A stretch of 64,000 nucleotides of DNA from an uncultured archaeon (GTDB taxonomy: Archaea; Thermoproteota; Nitrososphaeria; Nitrososphaerales; Gagatemarchaeaceae), in contig CAWFOU010000007.1 of NCBI GenBank assembly GCA_963817525.1, forward strand, positions 896,001-960,000, read 5' to 3'. Below, piece after piece: positions 58,544-64,000 of the stretch. Under the pieces are notes generated by a model, which saw only the letters and a program-made list of their open reading frames with translations, was not told where the DNA came from and made no database searches. A program made the position numbers and the translations under genes. The stretch's first letter is position 1. Each line of letters begins with the position of its first letter.

Positions 58544-60301
58544 TTGTGTTCTATTATCGGCTATATCGGGTCGATGGACGGCGCCCCGCTGCTGGTCAAG
58601 GCTCTGGAAAGGATGGAATACCGTGGATATGACAGCGCTGGCGTCGCGATGCTATCCGACGGCAGCATCCTCATGAAGAAGGGGGTCGGAAGGGTCGAGC
58701 AAGTCAACTCCTCCCAGATGCTCGAGCTTCTCCCGGGCAAGGTCGGGATAGGGCATACCAGGTGGGCCACGCACGGTGGCGTGACCGAGGTCAACGCGCA
58801 TCCTCACCTCTCCTGGTCCGGGAAGATAGCCATAGTGCACAACGGGATCATAGAGAACTACGAGGAGCTCAAGGCCGAGGTGGGACAGCGCGGCTACCTC
58901 TTCAGATCCGAGACCGACAGCGAAGTCATCGCGAACCTCTTGCAGTGCAACCGCGACCTCGGGATGACCGTCGACGAGGCGGTCATCGAGACTCTTAGAG
59001 AGCTGAAGGGTAAGTACGCCTTTGTCGCGCTCATGGACGATGGGACGCTCGTCGGAGCGAGGAGCCAAGCCCCCTTGATCCTCGGCATCGGGAAGAACGG
59101 CGCGTTCGTGTCAAGCGACATAATCGGGTTCGTCCAGGAGGCGGACGACGTAATCTATTTGGACAATGGCCAGTTCGTGTCGATCGACCACGAGAGGATC
59201 CGGATATCCGACTTCAGCGGCGCTCCGGTCGCGCAACGCGTGGTCAAGGTCTCGAAGGAGTTGGCGGACGCGGAGAAGGGGATCTACGTCCACTATACGT
59301 TGAAGGAGATAAACGACCAGCCCGATGTCCTCGCCAACGCCGGAGGACACTCCAGGGCGGAGCTCGATGTCCTCGCGGGGATGATCAAGCAAGCCGAGGT
59401 CGTCTACATAACCGGAAGCGGCAGCAGCTACAATGCGGCGCTATTTGGGAAGTATCTGTTTTCGCAGCACGCTGGCATAAGGGTCGAACCAATCATCTCG
59501 AGCGAGGCGCAGTTCTCCCCCATGTACCTCGACAATCGCTCTCTCTTGCTCGCCATCTCCCAGAGCGGCGAGAGCGCGGACGTGCTCGAGGCCGCCGCGA
59601 TAGCAAAGGAGCACGGCGCGATGGTCGCCTCGATAGTGAACGTGCCGACGTCCTCTCTGGCGCGCCTCTCCTCGATCTCCGTGAGCCTCAACTGCGGCCC
59701 AGAGGTCGGGGTCGCCGCGACGAAGAGCTTCACGTCCCAGCTCGCGGTGCTCTATGCGCTGAACGATATGCTGTGCGGTGGAAGCGATTATGACCTGCAA
59801 AGTGCTCCCTCCGCGATGTCAGAAATCCTCTCCGACACCCAGTCTATTCGCGAACTTGCGAAAGAACTCCAGGACATCACCGACCTGTATGTCCTCGGCG
59901 ACGGCGCCCACTACCTCATAGCTTGCGAGGCGGCCCTCAAGCTCAAGGAGCTCGCGTACGTCCATGCCGAGGCGATGCCCAGCGGCGAGCTGAAGCACGG
60001 CCCTCTTGCCCTCCTCGACTCCACATCGTACGTGCTGGTCTTCAACCCCTACGACTCTACATACTCGAACACGCTCGCATCCGCCCACGAGGCCAAGGCG
60101 CGCGGGGTCAAGGTGATAGGCGTCTCCGACAGGCCGAACGAGATCTACGACCACTGGATCAGGATCCCATACGTCGAGGAGCAGCTCTTCCCGATCGTGG
60201 AGATAGTCCCCATCCAGCTTCTGGCATACCACATGGCCGTGCAGCGGAAGGCCAACCCTGACTATCCAAGGAACCTCGCTAAATCTGTGACCGTAAAGTA
60301 G
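58544..60301 (+). CDS. glmS: Glutamine--fructose-6-phosphate transaminase (isomerizing)
   Basis: TTG start gives M-CSIIG (Cys1); EYRGYDSAG, GHTRWATHG, SQSGES, AATKSF and PRNLAKSVT. Confidence 0.96.
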   Translation: MCSIIGYIGSMDGAPLLVKALERMEYRGYDSAGVAMLSDGSILMKKGVGRVEQVNSSQMLELLPGKVGIGHTRWATHGGVTEVNAHPHLSWSGKIAIVHNGIIENYEELKAEVGQRGYLFRSETDSEVIANLLQCNRDLGMTVDEAVIETLRELKGKYAFVALMDDGTLVGARSQAPLILGIGKNGAFVSSDIIGFVQEADDVIYLDNGQFVSIDHERIRISDFSGAPVAQRVVKVSKELADAEKGIYVHYTLKEINDQPDVLANAGGHSRAELDVLAGMIKQAEVVYITGSGSSYNAALFGKYLFSQHAGIRVEPIISSEAQFSPMYLDNRSLLLAISQSGESADVLEAAAIAKEHGAMVASIVNVPTSSLARLSSISVSLNCGPEVGVAATKSFTSQLAVLYALNDMLCGGSDYDLQSAPSAMSEILSDTQSIRELAKELQDITDLYVLGDGAHYLIACEAALKLKELAYVHAEAMPSGELKHGPLALLDSTSYVLVFNPYDSTYSNTLASAHEAKARGVKVIGVSDRPNEIYDHWIRIPYVEEQLFPIVEIVPIQLLAYHMAVQRKANPDYPRNLAKSVTVK

Positions 60302-60388
60302 GCCGCCACCTGGACCCCGATACCGAAGATTGCTCTAGTGGCTTCAACGTCAAGGGAGATAACGGCGGCGGGGTGTCAATAATCCAGA

Positions 60389-60598
60389 ATGACGCCTCCA
60401 TTAGGCACGAATTTCCAACGCTCGGTCGTCGAGTCAGATCAAGTTCGGGAGATCAACTTCATGTCGCGGACATGCTGGGACTGCGGGGAAGCTATCTCGC
60501 TAGGGGCAGGAGACGTCCTCTTCGGGGACCGGTGGTATCACGGCCATTGCTGGGACAAGCTTAGGGGCGCGATATCTGAGACGTCGAAGACTAGCTGA
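60389..60598 (+). CDS. Small LIM-like Zn-finger protein
   Basis: CWDC...WYHGHC; start may be 60461. Confidence 0.6.
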   Translation: MTPPLGTNFQRSVVESDQVREINFMSRTCWDCGEAISLGAGDVLFGDRWYHGHCWDKLRGAISETSKTS

Positions 60599-60862
60599 GC
60601 AAGAACGGGGCGCCAATCCTTCAGGCGCAACTCCTGTGGACCGAATTCTTTGTCATGACCGTTGTGCCCGACCATAGTAACACAACGTTGAACCTTATCC
60701 CGATAGTATGAAGCGGACGGCCAAGGCGCCGGCATTCGAGACCCCGGCCCAAATTGTCATCTCGAGGCGAGGCGGGTACCCCGGAAGCCAAAAACTTTGG
60801 CGGTTCCTGCGGAGGTCAGCCAGGATGGGAGGGCAAAAAAGTGGTCCCAGGCTCTAGGGCTT

Positions 60863-61285
60863 CTAGAGCGAGGGGACTGGGGCGACGACCGGCGCGGATT
60901 GGACGAGCTCGTCGATTCTCTTGAAGACTCCGTTCTCGACGTGCACAGTCCAGGACATCTCAGCCACGTCGACGGGGAGGAAGAGCGGGGATAGCAGCGT
61001 CGTCTCCACTATGGTGACGCCTGCGTTCTGGATCCACTTGCCTATCCCGATCCTGAGGTTGAAGTCGTTGGGCTGGCCCTGTATCGTGACGTTGAGGGCA
61101 CGCTCGGCCGATATGATGTCGCTGAGGAAGCCTCCCTTCTGGGCCTGGATGAGCCATCCTCCGCCCGACATCTTTGGTGCTTGCACCTTGAAGCCGTCTG
61201 ACTTTAGATACGAGACTATGCTGTCACTAAGTGCGTTCAGGTCGGTGTTCTTGCCTTGGTAATTTACGGTCTTGTCGCCTAACAT
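60863..61285 (-). CDS. Hypothetical protein
   Basis: Clean 140-aa ORF with protein-like composition (WLIQAQKGG..IGIGKWI). Confidence 0.7.
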   Translation of the reverse strand: MLGDKTVNYQGKNTDLNALSDSIVSYLKSDGFKVQAPKMSGGGWLIQAQKGGFLSDIISAERALNVTIQGQPNDFNLRIGIGKWIQNAGVTIVETTLLSPLFLPVDVAEMSWTVHVENGVFKRIDELVQSAPVVAPVPSL

Positions 61286-61522
61286 GTTGATTCACCCAAC
61301 ACATGAGACCCAATCTTCAAGTCTTTGAAGGATGATGACCCTCTAACAACGATACACGCGCGATCCCGACTAGGCGCACAGGGGAGTAGTCTTATCCAGC
61401 GTATCCCACAACGGTGGACGGAGCTTCAGGTGCCCAATATCGGGGAGAAAAATGAGCATACCAATCATTAAAATCCCCCTTTCTCCCCTGTTGAATCGGC
61501 GTCGCAGAAGAATTCGGCGGAC

Positions 61523-61738
61523 ATGCTTTCATATGGGATTCTCTCCTCATCGTTGAATCCCGAGATGTGGCACGAGATACCAAGTACACGGTCGCAAGAC
61601 CCGGCGAAAGACAATCGCGCTTCGTGCTCCACCTGCGAAATAATCGGAAAGCTGACCGGGGGGTTTTGGGACCTCACGCCCCAGGTGGAGGCGATTTACA
61701 TCGAGCACCTGGTTCGCGAGCACGGAATCCAACCTTAA
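61523..61738 (+). CDS. Small C2H2-like protein
   Basis: CSTC....HLVREH; start uncertain. Confidence 0.5.
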   Translation: MLSYGILSSSLNPEMWHEIPSTRSQDPAKDNRASCSTCEIIGKLTGGFWDLTPQVEAIYIEHLVREHGIQP

Positions 61739-61765
61739 TATATCATCGCGAAGCCCGATGTCATC

Positions 61766-62266
61766 ATGTCGGAGAAGGGAGGAAAGGTCAACGCTCATTC
61801 AGGGAAGCTTTCCACCGCTGACAAGCAGATTCTGAAGCTCCTCCTCGAGCCTAACTCAGAAGTTTCGTCCCGCACCCTGGAACAGAAGCTTGGAATCCCT
61901 CGCAGCACTATCCAGCGCAGGCGAAAACACCTCGAAAAGGAGTACCTAGAGCACTCCTACTCCCTCAATCTGGAGAACCTAGGCTTCAGGCGCGTAGACC
62001 TCCTGATCTATACAGGCGGCGGGGCAACACAGGCCATCGCAAGGGAGCTGCTGAAGCTCGACGAAGTCGTCTACGTGGGCAGGTCGATCGGGGAGCACAC
62101 CATCGACCTGAGGGCGGAGGTGATCATCAAAGACAACTCAGAGCTACTCGGGATGCTCGAACTGGTAAAGGCAATGCCCAGCGTGAAAGACGTGATATGG
62201 AGCGAGATCGTCGACGTGATAGGTCGGAAAAGGTCGGTCCCCTCCTCAATCATCGACAGGCTCTGA
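61766..62266 (+). CDS. Lrp/AsnC family regulator, close paralogue of 40083-40577
   Basis: Near-identical RRVDLLIYTGGGAT..GRSIGEHTIDLRAEVIIKDNSELLG. Confidence 0.87.
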   Translation: MSEKGGKVNAHSGKLSTADKQILKLLLEPNSEVSSRTLEQKLGIPRSTIQRRRKHLEKEYLEHSYSLNLENLGFRRVDLLIYTGGGATQAIARELLKLDEVVYVGRSIGEHTIDLRAEVIIKDNSELLGMLELVKAMPSVKDVIWSEIVDVIGRKRSVPSSIIDRL

Positions 62267-62458
62267 GGCCCTATCCGCACTGCTCCTAGCTCGAGCCCAG
62301 GACTGCCCCCCAGGCCACCCACGGGATACAGTTCGCATCAGCTCATCGAGGGAATCGGGTCATTTGTCCACTTTCAACGTCACATCTGCTCACATTCCAC
62401 CCTTTCTCTTACATTTTGAGAGCATGCCTTTAGTAGTGGCGAGAGCCATAAAACTACT

Positions 62459-62647
62459 ATGAAGAACACAGGCGAAGGGATGCGCCATAACAACGGAGAC
62501 AACCAGATTGCCGAATTCATTCGGGAGAACGCGCTAGCGCGGGAGATAGACAACCATCCGGTCATCACCAGCAAGGGGGAACGTTTTCTGCAGGAGCTCG
62601 GCGAGACCGCCGCACGGCCGACCTCGGGCATACGGAGCGCGACCTAA
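62459..62647 (+). CDS. Short protein resembling the C-terminal wing of an HTH_45 protein
   Basis: FIRENAL...ITSKGERFLQ; ends 1 bp before the full-length wHTH gene. Confidence 0.45.
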   Translation: MKNTGEGMRHNNGDNQIAEFIRENALAREIDNHPVITSKGERFLQELGETAARPTSGIRSAT

Positions 62648-62648
62648 G

Positions 62649-62927
62649 ATGAAATATCGGAGCAGATTGGCGATCGCCTCGACGATACTCCAGGTCGCTA
62701 GAGCGGGGAACGCTACGAAGACAAGGCTGATGTACGGCTCTTTCCTGTCCTTCGCCCAGATCAACGAGTACCTGAACTTCCTGCTGGCCAACACGCTGAT
62801 CACCAGGTCCGAAGAGACACACATCTACGGGCTCACGGAGAAAGGCATGCGTTTCTTGCGCATTTACGACGAAATGGCTGAGCTCATACCGGTCGAAGAG
62901 AAGGTTCCGATGGTCGTCGCAAAGTGA
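62649..62927 (+). CDS. Archaeal winged-helix protein (HTH_45-like)
   Basis: MKYRSR..IL..ATKTRLMYGSFLS..YGLTEKG. Confidence 0.88.
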   Translation: MKYRSRLAIASTILQVARAGNATKTRLMYGSFLSFAQINEYLNFLLANTLITRSEETHIYGLTEKGMRFLRIYDEMAELIPVEEKVPMVVAK

Positions 62928-62972
62928 GCTGATTCCCCAGCCGCAGCGTCCTTCGCCTTAGCGAGACGAAGG

Positions 62973-63176
62973 TCAGGCGGTCAGGTGGAGGGTCGGCTCT
63001 CTGGAATGCGCGCTTTTCAACTGTTCCAGTTCGATGACCTTGGCCAGGACGACGGCCAGGTTGTCAGCGCAGTCCCTGTGGAGCCGAAACCCCATTAGGT
63101 CAGCCCCATCGCTTTTTTGAACGCTCTTGTTGCAAAAGGAGCAGGAAACTCCCTCTTCTCCCCAAGTACGTTGCAT
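62973..63176 (-). CDS. Small Zn-finger protein
   Basis: CSFC...LHRDC; ATG at 63176 about 30 bp after TTTAAG. Confidence 0.55.
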   Translation of the reverse strand: MQRTWGEEGVSCSFCNKSVQKSDGADLMGFRLHRDCADNLAVVLAKVIELEQLKSAHSREPTLHLTA

Positions 63177-63591
63177 ATCAGTCCAATCGTCTCCACCTTC
63201 TTTGCTTAAAGGGCTTATGAATCTTGGATTCTTACGCAACACGGCCCTGGAACATTGCTTACTAGAAATGCGCAGTCCCTGCTAAAGGCAAGAGAGCGAA
63301 TCCCTGAGACAACATGTGGCCAAGAAGAATGCATGACAAACGGGCGGTCGCGGAAGCGCGCAACGTGCAAGGCTTGGGGTCGCAAACCCGCGGGATTGTC
63401 AGGAAATCGCCTGGATCAGGGCTTGCGACCTACATCTCGCTTGAGCTCGGAGCCGGGAAAACCTCGTTCCAACAGAGATTGCAGCTGGCCGAGAGTCAAG
63501 GAATGACGCTTCGGGAATTCGAGAACCTCCTTTCGTGAGGCCGGACGAACCATCCTTAGGGCTGGCGGCCTATTGCTACCCGCTGTCCTGG

Positions 63592-63846
63592 TCAAAGCGG
63601 GTGAGCCCAATCGACCCGTTTCCTCCTTCTTAGGACTCGATAGGGCAGCTTTCCTCTGTCAAGCTGATCCGCGTGGCGGAGACAGACCGTGATGAGTTTC
63701 TCTTCCCCTGTCAGGGTCGACGCCACGACGTATTCTTCGTTGGCGTGGACGTACGGCCTCCCTTCCACCTCGCACATGGTGCATAGGGCGTCCACACCGC
63801 CCTTTGTGGAGACTCTTTTTCGGCGCTCGTCTTCCACCAATGCCAC
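63592..63846 (-). CDS. Small Zn-binding protein
   Basis: CTMC...VCLRH; TTATAAA about 30 bp upstream. Confidence 0.6.
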   Translation of the reverse strand: MALVEDERRKRVSTKGGVDALCTMCEVEGRPYVHANEEYVVASTLTGEEKLITVCLRHADQLDRGKLPYRVLRRRKRVDWAHPL

Positions 63847-64000
63847 TGAAGCCGCCGACCTGCAAATGGGGGTCTTTCATTTATAAGCTAATCTCAGGGA
63901 GCGATTCTCCTGGAGCCCGCCCTCCCGGTTGCGGGGGCCGGAATTGCAGGCCACAGGGCGGTCTTGCGCAACCATCCAGCGTAACAATCCTGCATCTAAG

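Noticed and set aside
63895-63970. GC-rich hairpin-like segment as tRNA or ncRNA
   Set aside because: No cloverleaf, T-loop or recognisable family motif, and it is close to the window edge.

Overview
GC-rich archaeal DNA, judged from archaeal-type ribosomal proteins, TFB, a pyruvoyl arginine decarboxylase and KaiC/GvpD-type ATPases. A non-ammonia-oxidising Nitrososphaerota lineage is my inference. From 1 to 23 kb the window is mostly housekeeping: leuACDB, ilvE, lpdA/lipB, an aldehyde dehydrogenase, split glutamate-synthase-like genes and rpl3-rpl4-rpl23-rpl2-rps19. A clearly delimited 2.4-kb IS6-like element (TIRs plus a 9-bp TSD) sits between leuB and ilvE and carries an AbrB-like gene and a proteasome-beta-like Ntn protease. 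From 23 to 64 kb the window is accessory. It holds two KaiC-family ATPase modules, general-stress-type small membrane proteins and many small Zn-finger and wHTH proteins. The main candidate system is an archaeal Pel/galactosaminogalactan-like exopolysaccharide locus: PelF-like GT4, PelG-like membrane protein, C4-epimerase, GH135 hydrolases, PIG-L deacetylase, WbqC, ATP-grasp and glmS, with its own TFB paralogue and a shared non-canonical promoter motif. Single-base frameshifts in leuB, rpl3 and rpl4 point to residual indel errors in the assembly. No rRNA, tRNA or CRISPR array was recognised. All family assignments are by eye from motifs; no database search was run.
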